Positions 1 through 11,527 of a DNA stretch of 64,000 bases are shown piece after piece; within the stretch, counting starts at the first letter, position 1, and each line of letters begins with the position of its first letter. Under the pieces are notes generated by a model. That model was given only the letters and a program-made list of their open reading frames with translations, had not been told where the DNA came from and searched no databases. The DNA is from Planktothrix sp. GU0601_MAG3 (lineage in GTDB: Bacteria; Cyanobacteriota; Cyanobacteriia; Cyanobacteriales; Microcoleaceae): NCBI GenBank assembly GCA_035193785.1, contig CP136572.1:1716578-1780577 (forward strand), in the 5' to 3' direction. Both the position numbers and the translations under genes were made by a program.

Positions 1-206
1 TTAGCATCCACAGTAAAAATGGATTAAGAGGCAGATTAAGCCTACCTTAAGAGGTGTTATTCTTCTATCAAGTGCAATTCAATTCCGTGAAATTTAACCC
101 TTTCACTGATTGGGGCTTTTTATTCCATGTACGGGTATAAAAAGGCACATAATTTTTAGTTATCTGACCATTGTATCAGTATTATTACCCTTTAGGTGTA
201 ACTGTC

Positions 207-2479
207 ATGAATATTCAAACCATTGCTAAAAATGACTTCTCCTATGATTGTAGCATCCCCGATTGGTTGCAACAGTGTATGGAGATATCTGGTGATTTGG
301 TAAAATCCGATACATCTGTTTCAACAAATGGCGATTTGATTGTGCGAGCATTTCAATTTGCTTATCAATTGCATCAGGGACAGTATCGCAAATCAGGAGA
401 ACCCTATATTAATCATCCCATTGCCGTAGCGGGTTTACTGCGCTATTTAGGAGGGGATTCGGCGATGGTGGCGGCGGGTTTTCTCCATGACATTATTGAA
501 GATACGGAAGTCACCCCGGAAGAAATAGAACAGCATTTTGGGGCAGAAGTTCGCCATTTAGTCGAAGGCGTCACCAAACTCTCTAAATTTAATTTTTCTA
601 ATACCACAGAAACGTCAAGCGGAGAACTTCCGACGGATGTTTTTAGCCATGGCGAAAGATATTCGGGTGATCGTGGTTAAACTCGCTGATCGACTCCATA
701 ATATGCGAACTTTGGATTTTTTACCCGAACATAAACAGCGCAGTATTGCCTTAGAAACCCGAGAAATTTTTGCCCCCCTAGCTAACCGTTTAGGGATCGG
801 TCGGTTGAAATGGGAATTAGAAGATCTATCCTTCAAATATTTAGAACCCGAAGCGTACAAAAATATTAAGGAATTAGTTTCCGATCGGCGGGCATTTCGA
901 GAAGAAAAATTAGCCCAACTTGCCCAAGTTTTACGAGAAAGACTCGAGAAAGCTGGAATTAAATGTTATGAAGTCAGTGGACGTCCTAAACATCTGTATG
1001 GCATTTATAAAAAAATGAACCAAAGACAGAAACAGTTCCATGAAATTTATGATATTGCTGCTTTACGGGTTATCGTTGAAACTAATGAAGAATGTTATCG
1101 GACTTTAGCGATTGTCCATGATGCTTTCCGCCCGATTCCAGGTCGTTTTAAAGATTATATTGGATTGCCTAAACCCAATCGCTATCAATCCTTACATACG
1201 GGGGTAATTGGTAATACGGGAAGATCCGTTGAGATCCAAATCCGCACCGTAGAAATGCACCATATTGCTGAATATGGAATTGCCGCCCATTGGAAATATA
1301 AAGAAAAAGGCAATTCTAATATAGGTGAAGTCACCGGAATGGATGATAAATTCACTTGGTTACGGCAATTATTAGAGTGGCAAAGTGATTTAAAAGATGC
1401 CACAGAATACCTAGAAAGTGTTAAAAGTAACTTAGAATTTGATGATGTTTATGTGTTTACTCCAGAGGGAGATGTAATTGCCTTAACTCATGGAGCGACC
1501 CCGGTTGATTTTGCCTATCGGATTCATAGTGAAGTCGGGAATCATTGTAAAGGAGCAAAAGTCAATGATCGAATGGTGACTTTAGATACCCCCCTAAAAA
1601 ATGGCGATATTGTGGAAATATTAACCCAGAAAAATATTCGCCCTAGTTTAGATTGGTTGAATTTTGTTAAAACTAATACGGCTAAAAACCGGATTCGTCA
1701 GTGGTATAAGCGATCGCACCGGGATGAAAATATTGATCGAGGACGGGAATTATTAGAAAAAGAAATGGGAAAAAATGGCTTTGAATCCCTGCTCAAATCT
1801 GAACCCATGCTTTCGGTTTCTAAGCGCTGTAACTATCATAATGTTGATGATTTATTAGCGGCATTAGGTTATGGGGAAATCACCTTAAATTTAGTGGTAA
1901 ATCGTCTGCGGGATGTGGTGAAATCCCAGGGTCAAATTCAAACGGTTCCCCAAGAACTAACTACCACTTCTTTACAGGTTCCTCACCTACCTTCCTATTC
2001 TCAACCTCCGTCTTCTTCCCCTAGTAATTCTCCGATTATGGGAGTTGAAGGATTACTTTATCATATTGCTGGATGTTGTAATCCAATTCCAGGGGAACCG
2101 ATTATTGGGGTTGTTACCCGCACCAAAGGAATCTCTATTCATCAACAGGGGTGTTCTAATACCTTAACAGTGGAGGGAGAGCGGTTCGTTTCCTTTGAGT
2201 TGGAATCCGAACTATCAACAGGGGGGACGTCCTCAAACTTATGGGGTAAATATTTGTATTGAAGTCTTGGATCGCGTGGGGGTTTTGAATGATATTTTAT
2301 CCCGTTTGAAAGATAATAATGTTAACGTTTGTAGCGCCCAAGTTAAGACTTTTCCCGATGCTCCAGCGTTAATTGAGTTGGGAATTGAAATTTGCGATCG
2401 CGAACAATTTGAACGCACTTGCGCCCAAGTCAAAAATATCAGTGATGTATTAACCTTGCGTCGGATTAATAGTAAATAA
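207..2479 (+). CDS. relA: Bifunctional (p)ppGpp synthetase/hydrolase (long RSH, HD-SYNTH-TGS-ACT); two apparent +1 frameshifts
   Basis: Motifs HQGQYRKSGEPYINHP, LHDIIEDT, KLADRLHNMRTL, GRFKDYI..PKPNRYQSLHT, TGS TPVDFAY and a C-terminal ACT domain are spread over three ORFs. Removing one base at GAAAC 609-613 and GTTTC 2188-2192 gives one 756-aa frame. Confidence 0.95.
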
Positions 2480-2510
2480 GTCGAAAATTGATGATTACAG
2501 TCGTTTGGTC

Positions 2511-2585
2511 GATCCCCCTAAATCCCCCTTAAAAAGGGGGACTTTGAACCCTCCTAGCCCTTGTTAATGAGGGTTAGGGAGGATC
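2511..2585. repeat. Palindromic dispersed repeat between convergent genes (possible terminator)
   Basis: GATCCCCCTAAATCCCCCTTAAAAAGGGGGACTT...GGGTTAGGGAGGATC; a related copy lies at 43328-43392. Confidence 0.7.
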
Positions 2586-2590
2586 GGATT

Positions 2591-4240
2591 TTAAGATACA
2601 GAAACCACCTGTTCAACGCTTTCATTTCCCATTCTATCTACTGCCCGAACCGCATAATTTCCCGGGTTAACACGAACAGAAGTTGTATTTTTATCTACCA
2701 CTTTTACTAACTGCCAACCAGTAGAAAATTGTTGATAAATCGCCCAAGAACGGATATCATTTTCAGCAGAAGGATTCCAAGAAATCATACCAGAATTAGT
2801 TTGAATTCCGTTTGGAGGTTCCGGGGGTTGATTATCCAACCAAGGCATAATCGGAACTAACGCAGGGGTGGGATAAACTGCACTTTTGAAAATTTCATTC
2901 ACTCCATGACGATTATCTCGGAACATCTTCATACTAAAAAAGATATTTCCTAAAGACAATTGGGGGGCTGTTTGTCGGGAAATTGCCACCTGTCTTTGCA
3001 GTTCAGAAATAGACCATTCATTATCAATCCGATAGAGAGCATTTCCTGTATAAACATGAAGTCGTCGAGGGTTATTTTGTAACCACCAATTTAACAGCAC
3101 GGAATAACTTTGTTGAGGGGGATCAATTTTCCAATACAGTTGAGGGGCTAAATAATCCATCCACCCTTGTTCAACCCATAATTTAACATCTGCATATAAA
3201 GAAGCATATTGATCTAATCCAACAATTCCTGGGGCTTTTCCTGGGCGATAAATACCAAAGGGACTAATCCCAAATTTAACATAGGGTTTAATCGTTTTAA
3301 TCCCTTCATGAATGCGTTTAATCATCAGATTAACATTTTGTCGTCGCCAATCTGAAAGCCCTAAATTTCCCCCCGCCGACCGATAGGCGTTATAGGTTTG
3401 ACTATCAGGAAAGGGAATACCATCTTTAGGATAGGGATAGAAATAATCATCTAAATGAACGCCATCAAGATCATAACGTTGTACCACATCCATAATCACA
3501 TTATAGGTTTGATCTTGAACTTCCTTTGCCCCCGGTTCCATCCAGATTAAATCCCCATATTGATAGGCATATTGGGGGAATTTTGATGCAATATGATTCG
3601 GTGCAAAAGCAGCATTTCCTCTTAATCTTGCCCGATAGGGATTAAACCAAGCATGGAGTTCAATATTGCGTTTATGAGCTTCTTCAATGGCAAATTGTAG
3701 CGGATCATAATAGGGATTGGGGGGGGTTCCTTGGGTTCCTGTTAACCATGCACTCCAAGGTTCTATACTGGAACTATACAAGGCATCTCCATTCGGACGA
3801 ACTTGCAGAATTAAGGCATTTAAGTTTAATTCTTGCATCCTATTTAGGATAGCAATTAGTTCAAATTTTTGTTGATCAACTGATAAATTTGATTTAGACG
3901 GCCAATCAATATTGGCGACCGTTGCGACCCAAACTCCCCTAAATTCTCGTTGATGACTAATGGAGTTTGCCGGATTAACAATGCCCTGGGATAATAGATT
4001 TTCCGATTGTTCTTGTCTAACTGTTGGGATATTAACAGAAGTAGAAAGAACGGGAAATTGTGCTAAGGTTAATCCCAAGAAAATACAACAAAAGCCCAAG
4101 GCTAAATATCGTTGAAATTTGGTAATTTTTCCCAGTCTAATTTTTTGAATTTGACTTTGAAGTGAACGAGCTAAAAATTTTAACTTTCTGACTTTCATAG
4201 ACCCAAGGTAATTCTGGTGTTTAATGCGGTTCCAATTCAT
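2591..4240 (-). CDS. Glycoside hydrolase-like family 10 protein (DUF187/YddW-like), probably exported
   Basis: REFRGVWVATVANIDWPS, ELHAWFNPYRA, YDLDGVHLDDYFYPY, GWMDYLAPQLYW; hydrophobic N-terminal segment. True start may be downstream. Confidence 0.88.
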   Translation of the reverse strand: MNWNRIKHQNYLGSMKVRKLKFLARSLQSQIQKIRLGKITKFQRYLALGFCCIFLGLTLAQFPVLSTSVNIPTVRQEQSENLLSQGIVNPANSISHQREFRGVWVATVANIDWPSKSNLSVDQQKFELIAILNRMQELNLNALILQVRPNGDALYSSSIEPWSAWLTGTQGTPPNPYYDPLQFAIEEAHKRNIELHAWFNPYRARLRGNAAFAPNHIASKFPQYAYQYGDLIWMEPGAKEVQDQTYNVIMDVVQRYDLDGVHLDDYFYPYPKDGIPFPDSQTYNAYRSAGGNLGLSDWRRQNVNLMIKRIHEGIKTIKPYVKFGISPFGIYRPGKAPGIVGLDQYASLYADVKLWVEQGWMDYLAPQLYWKIDPPQQSYSVLLNWWLQNNPRRLHVYTGNALYRIDNEWSISELQRQVAISRQTAPQLSLGNIFFSMKMFRDNRHGVNEIFKSAVYPTPALVPIMPWLDNQPPEPPNGIQTNSGMISWNPSAENDIRSWAIYQQFSTGWQLVKVVDKNTTSVRVNPGNYAVRAVDRMGNESVEQVVSVS

Positions 4241-4266
4241 GTTTTTTGTTGAAGCAGATAACTAAC

Positions 4267-4303
4267 ATCAGTCATCGGTGTAGAGACGTGCCACGGCGCG
4301 TCT
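4267..4303 (+). repeat. GTAG-type REP-like palindrome
   Basis: ATCAGTCATCGGTGTAGAGACGTGCCACGGCGCGTCT; reverse complement of 8662-8698 with 2 mismatches. Confidence 0.75.
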
Positions 4304-4439
4304 ATTTAATAGCTTAACTAAGAAGGGGACATCTTACAAGTCAATAATCTCAATAGGAAAAAAATTAATATCTTCCCTGAGTCAATTATGCCCAATTTTA
4401 GGTACAATATCCGAGTACAACTTAATCAAGGAAAAAAGA

Positions 4440-5312
4440 ATGACTCAGGTTAAAATTGGTATTATTGGGGGCAGTGGGTTGTATAAGATGGAGGCATTTA
4501 CCGATGTAGAGGAACTCCATATTGATACTCCCTTTGGTCAACCTTCCGATGCTATTTTAGTGGGAACATTAGAAGGAATGCGCGTGGCATTTCTAGCCAG
4601 ACATGGACGCACCCATAGATTTTTACCTACAGAATTACCCTATCGGGCTAATATTTATGCCCTCAAAAGTTTAGGAGTAGAATATATTATTTCCGCTTCG
4701 GCTGTGGGTTCACTAAAAGAAGAATTTAAACCCTTAGATTTAGTGGTTCCCGATCAATTTATTGATCGAACTAATCAACGGGTTTCTACTTTTTTTGGTA
4801 ATGGTGTGGTGGCTCATATTACCTTTGGTGATCCGTTTTGCCCCCAATTATCAAAAGTATTAGGAGAAGCGATCGCCAGTTTCGATTTCCCCGATATTGA
4901 TTATCATTTATCGGGAACTTATGTCTGTATGGAGGGGCCAGCTTTTTCTACCAAAGCCGAATCTAATTTATATCGCAGTTGGGGCGGAACAATTATTGGG
5001 ATGACAAATTTAACCGAAGCCAAATTAGCCCGAGAAGCGGAAATTGCCTATACAACCTTAGCCCTAGTTACCGATTATGATTGTTGGCATCCTGATCATG
5101 ATCATGTCACCGTAGAAATGGTTATTCAAAACCTCCATAAGAATGCGGTTAATGCTCAACAAGTCATTCAAGAAACCGTGCGCCGTTTAAAATATCATTT
5201 ACCGAAATCCGAAGCCCATTCTGCTTTGAAATACGCGGTGTTAACCCCCCTAAATAAAATTCCTTCAGAACGCATACAACAATTAGAATTATTGTTGAAA
5301 AAATATATCTAA
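4440..5312 (+). CDS. mtnP: S-methyl-5'-thioadenosine phosphorylase
   Basis: [54 protein letters not shown]. Confidence 0.95.
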   Translation: MTQVKIGIIGGSGLYKMEAFTDVEELHIDTPFGQPSDAILVGTLEGMRVAFLARHGRTHRFLPTELPYRANIYALKSLGVEYIISASAVGSLKEEFKPLDLVVPDQFIDRTNQRVSTFFGNGVVAHITFGDPFCPQLSKVLGEAIASFDFPDIDYHLSGTYVCMEGPAFSTKAESNLYRSWGGTIIGMTNLTEAKLAREAEIAYTTLALVTDYDCWHPDHDHVTVEMVIQNLHKNAVNAQQVIQETVRRLKYHLPKSEAHSALKYAVLTPLNKIPSERIQQLELLLKKYI

Positions 5313-5445
5313 ACCGAGGGTGGCATCAGCCACCTAAAGTGGGAGTTTCAGCCATTGGCTCCTTTTACTATCTTGATGTGATGGTCACTGTTGAAGGTTC
5401 AGCAGATGATTGATATAATCAGATAAATTAACTCCTATTACCCGC

Positions 5446-6201
5446 ATGATCATGTTAGCCACCTCCCACACCTACAATATTACTTGGGAAAAGTTGCCAG
5501 ATGATTTTGTGCTACCCGATGACCCTGTGGATAATATTAATCAACCTGCCCTCGCCGCCGCCCTGACCGAAAGTTTGCAACTGGCCGGAAAACTCCCAGA
5601 AACAGCCCTCACCCCCACAAACTATGGTATTTGTGCCACCATCAATGGCAAAATTGCCGTTAAAGCCCCAGATTGGGCCTACATTCCCCAAATTAACGTT
5701 AGTCGAGGGGAAGTGGTTCGCAGTTATACCCCGCAACTACAGGGGGAAATTCCGGCGCTGGTGCTGGAGTTTTTATCCGATAGCGATGGCGGAGAATATT
5801 CCGTCAAAGAAACCTATCCCCCCGGGAAATTCTGCTTCTATGAACAGATATTACAAGTGCCTAATTATGGTATTTTCGAGCCGGAGTCAGGTAGTTTAGA
5901 ATTGTATCGTTTCCATGATACCCAAAGGTATAGACTGGAATCGGCAAATGAGCAGGGCTGGTTTTGGATACCGGAAATGCAGCTTTTTCTGGGAGTCTGG
6001 CAGGGAACTCGCGAAAACCGTCAGGGCTATTGGTTGCGCTGGTGGGATGAACAGGGGAATTTGCTATTGTGGGGTACAGAAAAGGTTGAGCAGGAACGTC
6101 AACGGGCCGACCAGGAACGCCGACGGGCCGACCAAGAACGCCAACGGACTGAAAGATTAGTTGCCCAACTACGCGCTGCGGGAATTGAGCCTTTAGAATA
6201 G
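5446..6201 (+). CDS. Uma2 family (DUF820) PD-(D/E)XK nuclease-like protein
   Basis: WEKLPDDFVLPDDPV, KAPDW, VLEFLS, WLRWWD and a low-complexity EQERQRA tail typical of cyanobacterial Uma2 proteins. Confidence 0.88.
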   Translation: MIMLATSHTYNITWEKLPDDFVLPDDPVDNINQPALAAALTESLQLAGKLPETALTPTNYGICATINGKIAVKAPDWAYIPQINVSRGEVVRSYTPQLQGEIPALVLEFLSDSDGGEYSVKETYPPGKFCFYEQILQVPNYGIFEPESGSLELYRFHDTQRYRLESANEQGWFWIPEMQLFLGVWQGTRENRQGYWLRWWDEQGNLLLWGTEKVEQERQRADQERRRADQERQRTERLVAQLRAAGIEPLE

Positions 6202-6300
6202 GGCAAAGCATAAACTGTTAACTGCTACTCCCAGAAGGTTTTATGATTAAGACAGGTAAATCAAAATAGTGCTTGAACACCTCAAGAGGATAAAGGGCCG

Positions 6301-8042
6301 ATGCTCTATTTAGCGGAAGTACAAAAGCAGAGTAACAAATTTGGTCTGGGTGGCGGGAGGACAGAAACTCAAGCTATTGGCTTGTCAGCGAGGTGAAAAC
6401 AATTGGAGTGCCGTATCAGGGGATGAGGTCGTCCTGGCTGAAGACGCCAATAACTTCAAGGATGGAACTTTAGTTTTAGTCGATTTGAATACGGGTAAAC
6501 AGGTACAGCGCATTCAAGAGGCCGCACGCCAACTGGTGGGGATTCTCCAAGATTTTTCTCGTTTGCAAGAAAAATTCAAAACCCAACAGGAAGAAATCGA
6601 ACAGTGGAAAGAGTCCTTGACTTACCAAAGTCAGGAATTGAATCGTCGGGAAATGGAAATGGAAGCCCGACGGGAACAAATGGAACAACTGGAGGAGGAA
6701 TTAGAGCGACTTGAACAGCAGCGTCAAGAAATTGATCGCTCTCGGGATGACAGTAACCGTCTACGTTCTGAAATTGATCAAGCTCGTCAAGATATTGAAA
6801 CCACTCGGGCTGCATTACAACAGCAACGACAACAGCTTGAAGAACAACAGGCCACCTTAAAGTCGTCTCCCTCCCTAAATACGGAACAGTCAGAACTTCT
6901 CGGGAATTTACTGAATCAACTGTCTAACCCCATTTCGATTTCACCCCTACAAACACAACTGGATCGCTCCCGGGAACAGGTGGCCAGTGCTCTGAATGGG
7001 CTAGAACAACATCGCCAACGGTTACAGGAACAACGTTTAGAAGCGGAACAACTTCAACAAACCGTAGACAGTAAGACTACAGAGATTGAACAGCAATGGC
7101 GGCAATGGCAACAAGCTCAGGACACTTTAACCCAAAACCGGGCGGAGTTAGTCGGTGAACAACAGTTACTTCAGACCAAACAGAACTATGCCCAAATCTT
7201 AAAAACCCTGATTACAAACCGTCAAACCCTATTAGAACAGTTACAGAATTTGGCCTCCCGTCAATCTGAAAGCGATCCGGTTGCCGTTAGTGTCAAGGTA
7301 GATGTCCAAGCCTTAGAAGCGATGTCCTTGGAACAATTAGAAACCGAAGTCAAACAACTGGAAAAAGAGTGGGATCGCTGGTTTCGGATGGTTGGAGAAC
7401 AGGAGGAGGAACTCAAATACAAGCTCGAAGATATTCAGGTAATCCAAGAAAAAATCAAAACCGTTAGTGATTCCGAACGGGAAAATTTACAAACGGAATT
7501 AACCGATGAACAAGACGCCTATCAAATGCTGAATGAGACCTTAGTGGGTCAGCGACGTACCCTCAAAGAACGGGAGGAACATAAAACCCAATATCAAGCG
7601 GTTTTACTCCGTCGCCAAGGTCTGCCACCCGTAACCCATGGAGGGGCCGTTGATTTGAAATTGGTGATTGCCAGTTTGGAAACCCAACAACAGGAACAAA
7701 AACAGGAACTCCAAACTTTGGAAACCGAAATTCAACAACTGAGTTCGAGTTTTGAACAACGGCAAAACGATCTCAATAGTCGCACCAACAACACCGAACA
7801 AACCCGCCAACAGTTAGAGACAACCGAACAAAGTTGGATGGAAACAGCAACGAATGGTGGCAGAACTTTGGGGCCGAATCAGTCTATATCAGGAAATGCT
7901 ACAACCGGTTCAAGACTCCTGGCATCAGGTGCAGCAACAGTTGGAACAAACAACAACTGAATTAAATCAGTTGCTCAAAATCTCCCAGAATCAAGCCCAG
8001 ACAACGGAAAAGTTACGGCAAGTTTTATCAGTGATCAGTTAA
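6301..8042 (+). CDS. hmpF: Pilus motility/taxis coiled-coil protein HmpF; two apparent +1 frameshifts
   Basis: ATG 6301 gives MLYLAEVQKQ...GGG-RTELKLLACQR and EEIEQWKESLTYQSQELNRREMEME, then a long coiled coil. Corrections at GAAAC 6364-6368 and 7841-7845 give 579 aa. Confidence 0.85.
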
Positions 8043-8049
8043 CAGTGGG

Positions 8050-8645
8050 GTGAACTACCTACACCGCCCTAATCGGGTCGGTGCAGGCTTCCGACTTCAC
8101 AGACCGATGCCCCTTACTTTTACAAGCAGGTAGACTTACACAGCCTCCATCGGCAAAGACGGGGTTCCCTCCGCCTTCAGTTAATATCCTGATTCCTTCA
8201 TTCGGAGATGTTAAGTGCAGCGTTAATATCTCGGTCATGGTGAGCATGACAATTAGGACAGTCCCATTCTCTGATATCCAGAGATAATTCATCTAGGATA
8301 TGACCACAACAGGAACAAGTTTTGGAGCTAGGGAAAAAGCGATCAATTTCTACAAGTTCACCACTTTTTTGCTTTAACTTGTAATCAATAAAATTGACAA
8401 ATTTTCCCCAACTCACATCAGATATTGCTTTTGATAGCTTCCGGTTTTTAACCATCCCCTTGACATTGAGGTTTTCAACGACAATCACTTGGTTTTCGTT
8501 TACCAATTTTCTTGATAATTTATGCAAGAAATCTTGGCGGGAATTGGTGATTTTCTCATGAACCTTAGCTACAGTTTTTCTAAATTTCTCTCTCGATTTA
8601 CTACCTTTAGTTTTTCGAGAGAGTTTTTTCTGTTTTTGGGCTAAA
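8050..8645 (-). mobile_element. tnpB: IS200/IS605-family remnant: 3' part of tnpB plus right end
   Basis: RQDFLHKLSRKLV..NQVIVVENLNVKGM, FFPSSKTCSCCG..WDCPNC..HDRDINAALNI (RuvC-II/III and Zn ribbon). N-terminal half absent; internal frameshift near 8205. Minus strand ends with a hairpin and GGTAGTTCAC at 8059-8050. Confidence 0.88.
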
Positions 8646-8657
8646 AACTGATCACCA

Positions 8658-8698
8658 GTACAGACGCGCCATGGCACGTCTCTACACTGATGACTGAT
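8658..8698 (-). repeat. GTAG-type REP-like palindrome at the tnpB truncation point
   Basis: GTACAGACGCGCCATGGCACGTCTCTAC is an imperfect palindrome; same family as 4267-4303. Confidence 0.75.
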
Positions 8699-9460
8699 TA
8701 TTCTTCCTCAAAGCCTGATTCTTCTGTTAAATCTAAGGTTTGATTGTGGATTTCCGGGTCAATGGGGATACAGATAAAGTTATCGTCCTGAGTGTAAATC
8801 AGTTTTTGTTGGCGGAGTTTCCCCATCAGCCGGGTTACCGTAACCCGTGTAGTCCCGATGGCACTGCCAATTTGAGAGTGAGTCAATGACCAAGGGAGAC
8901 GGTAACCCTTGAACCCATCTTCTCCATCGCCACTGGTATAATACTCGCCGTATTCCTCAATCAGTAAGGTCAAAAATCCCAGAAGTCGGTCAATGGTACG
9001 TCGTTGGCCTAATGTACTTAACCACAGTAATTTCCGTTGATGTTGATACCGAAAGGCATCAAGGACTTCCCGACGGAAATGGGGCCAATTATCCAAGTCA
9101 TGCCAATACATCCATAAAACCGTTGTATCATCGGCATGGCTATAGGCTTGCAGGCTAAAAGGCGACTGGGCAATCAATTCAAAGGGTTGACCCGCACCCA
9201 CAAAACCCAAAAAGGCTTCGTCCAAATTGCGATTACGCGGTCTGGATTTGGGTCTACTCTCGGCATATTGCAATTCAGCGCTACCTACTAACCGGACGGC
9301 CCCCCGTTGCACTAAATATAGCAACCCAGGACGGGCTGGAATCCGCTCATCTTTGGCAAAACTACGACAACGGTAGTGTTTCCTGGGCCCAGTCGGTAAT
9401 CCGTTGCCAGGTTAAAAACGGTCGGTTGGAATCGGTCGGAATCGGGGGAGACTGCATCAT
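8698..9460 (-). CDS. devH: Crp/Fnr-family transcription factor, DevH homologue; one apparent +1 frameshift
   Basis: Joined sequence MQSP..RPFLTWQRITDWAQEHYRCRSFAKDERIPARPGLLYLVQRGA..WMYWHDLDNWPHFRREV..LTHSQIGSAIGTTRVTVTRLMGKL matches Nostoc/Anabaena DevH as I recall it. Shift at GTTTC 9378-9382. Confidence 0.85.
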
Positions 9461-9738
9461 TAGATAGGGTAATTAAAAATTTTCAATCAAAATCAAAATC
9501 AAAGGCAGGAGGGATGTTAAGACACCTAGGGATTAAAGGGTGTATTTGATGCTTGAGGTAAGATGCTCGAGGTAAATGGGTTTAAGATATTTTAACTAAT
9601 GTAGCAAACAACACATACCTTTGGGAATCGATAATCGATTTTTTTCAAAAATAAATTTCAAAAAATTTTGGCGGTGCCCTAACCTGATCTGCTGATAATA
9701 TCAGATTTGAGCAACTTGGCAAGGTCGTTTGATCACTC

Positions 9739-10563
9739 ATGCTAACTCTGGTAGGTAGATTAAGAGCACAACTGGGGCAAACCTTGGATTGTTTAGGAAT
9801 TGATACGGCTGACTCTCAGGAAATTCCCGTAAATTGGATTAAAAATCAAACTGGGTTAATCTATGGATCGGCGATCGCCCTGAAATTAGCCCCCCGTTTG
9901 AATCAATCCCCTCTGGATCTGGCCACGTCCATCGGTCTGAAGTTCCCAACCCTCAACCCAGAATTAGGTAAATTTCCACTGGATGTCACAATTCAGGTAT
10001 TACCTTCGGGGATGTTGCAGTTTGAGTTCACGGACGCCGGAATTGCGGCTTGGTTAGAACAAATGATCCGCCATCCCTGGACACCCACTGCGATTCAGGA
10101 TCGGCAAATTCTGCCCGATCTATTTGGGATTCAATATAGTCATGCTCGCTGTTGTTCCTTATTGCGTTTAGGCGATCGCGATCAGTTAATTACCTTAGAA
10201 GCATCTAATTTAATTGCCACATTACCCTTAAAAATTAAGCCAAATTCCCCCCCGATTCCCTGGTTAAATCCCCAGGGAAAACTGCAATTTTCCCAAATTT
10301 ATGAATATCAACTGCTGACCCAATCTGGGAACCTTGTTGATCTTCTATTCTGTGCTGCTAGTCCTCAAAATTGGCTAAAAATTGCCGATCAATTTAGCCA
10401 AAGTTTTCAACAATTTTATCGTTATTGTCAAATCTGGGGAGAAGTCAAACAAAGCCAACCTGAGTTAGCTCAAGCTAGACTAGGTTTGGTTTTTATTACT
10501 CAATTTCTCCTCAAAATTTTATTAGAAGAAAAACTAGGAATAATGCCTCCCCTAGACCTGTAG
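9739..10563 (+). CDS. Stand-alone DALR anticodon-binding domain protein (ArgRS C-terminal-like)
   Basis: IQYSHARCCSLLR and QARLGLV..TQ..L..LL motifs; no class I catalytic domain. Confidence 0.75.
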   Translation: MLTLVGRLRAQLGQTLDCLGIDTADSQEIPVNWIKNQTGLIYGSAIALKLAPRLNQSPLDLATSIGLKFPTLNPELGKFPLDVTIQVLPSGMLQFEFTDAGIAAWLEQMIRHPWTPTAIQDRQILPDLFGIQYSHARCCSLLRLGDRDQLITLEASNLIATLPLKIKPNSPPIPWLNPQGKLQFSQIYEYQLLTQSGNLVDLLFCAASPQNWLKIADQFSQSFQQFYRYCQIWGEVKQSQPELAQARLGLVFITQFLLKILLEEKLGIMPPLDL

Positions 10564-10581
10564 TAAGCCCTTTATGGCTAA

Positions 10582-10980
10582 CTAATCCACTAAAAAATCC
10601 GTCAGAACTTCATCCGGTTCATCCTGATCATTATCATCGGTTAAAAGTTGGGAAAAAGTAGAACTAGGGGAAATAGAAAGTTCAGGGATAACTATTTTTT
10701 CCAGGGCGAATATTTTAGCTTCTAGTTTAGAAACTTGATTTAATAATGGTTTTAAAGATTCAACTTTTTCCTGTAAATTCAATAATTCTTTTTGGAGATT
10801 AAAATATTCCAAATCGACCGACTGACTACTCAAAAACGCTCTGGTTTTATCTAAATACTGACCAATTGCTTCTTGAATTAATTCTTCTAAGGAATGTCCA
10901 GTTTCTAGGGATAATTGATTAAGTTGTTCAGCCCATTCTGGAGAAACAGTTGTTTCTATTTTTATATTATCTAAGCTCAT
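10582..10980 (-). CDS. Ribbon-helix-helix (CopG-like) and coiled-coil protein
   Basis: N-terminal EQLNQLSLETGHSLEELIQEAIGQYL; acidic C-terminus DEPDEVLTDFL. Confidence 0.6.
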   Translation of the reverse strand: MSLDNIKIETTVSPEWAEQLNQLSLETGHSLEELIQEAIGQYLDKTRAFLSSQSVDLEYFNLQKELLNLQEKVESLKPLLNQVSKLEAKIFALEKIVIPELSISPSSTFSQLLTDDNDQDEPDEVLTDFLVD

Positions 10981-11152
10981 GAATATTCGGGTTTTACAAG
11001 GAAAGGTCGGTCAAGTTTGGAGAAATTTAGGGGAATTTGCTCTAGGATAAAAACACCCATATCGGGGGAATAGGAAAAGGGGAAATAGACAATCGGAAAG
11101 TATTTTATGGCCTATTGTCCATTCCCCATTAACCACAGAAAATAATTGACCG

Positions 11153-11335
11153 TTAATTCTGATCGGAATCAGGAAAAGTCCGCTTAAATTCTTCGATTAA
11201 TTCGTCAATTTCTTCCAATGCTTGATTGACGTCTATCCTAAGAGTTCCTAAATTGGGTTTTTCCAGTAGCTTAACGAGGGATTCTCGTTTACCTTCAATT
11301 AAAGCCACTCTTTCTCTAATAGTATTGGCATCCAT
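11153..11335 (-). CDS. Small hypothetical protein (60 aa)
   Basis: GAGG RBS upstream; helical sequence LGTLRIDVNQALEEIDELIEEF. Confidence 0.7.
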   Translation of the reverse strand: MDANTIRERVALIEGKRESLVKLLEKPNLGTLRIDVNQALEEIDELIEEFKRTFPDSDQN

Positions 11336-11527
11336 GTTTTTTTCCTCTTTGAGTAAATCAGTTATTAATTTAACATCCCACCGTTAACCGTTACAATATT
11401 AGATAACGGAGGATTTTAAGTTAGAAAAAACCCTAGTCGGTCAGGAGAATTTCTCCCACTCTGGGTTATAAATTTATTATACCCTATGGAGATGATAAAA
11501 TTAAATACAGCACCAGAAAAAAGTAGC

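Noticed and set aside
8059..8292. 77-aa and 68-aa ORFs as independent genes
   Set aside because: They are the out-of-frame tnpB tail/right end and its antisense.
9601..9618. NtcA box upstream of devH
   Set aside because: GTA and TAC are 12 nt apart, not the canonical GTA-N8-TAC.
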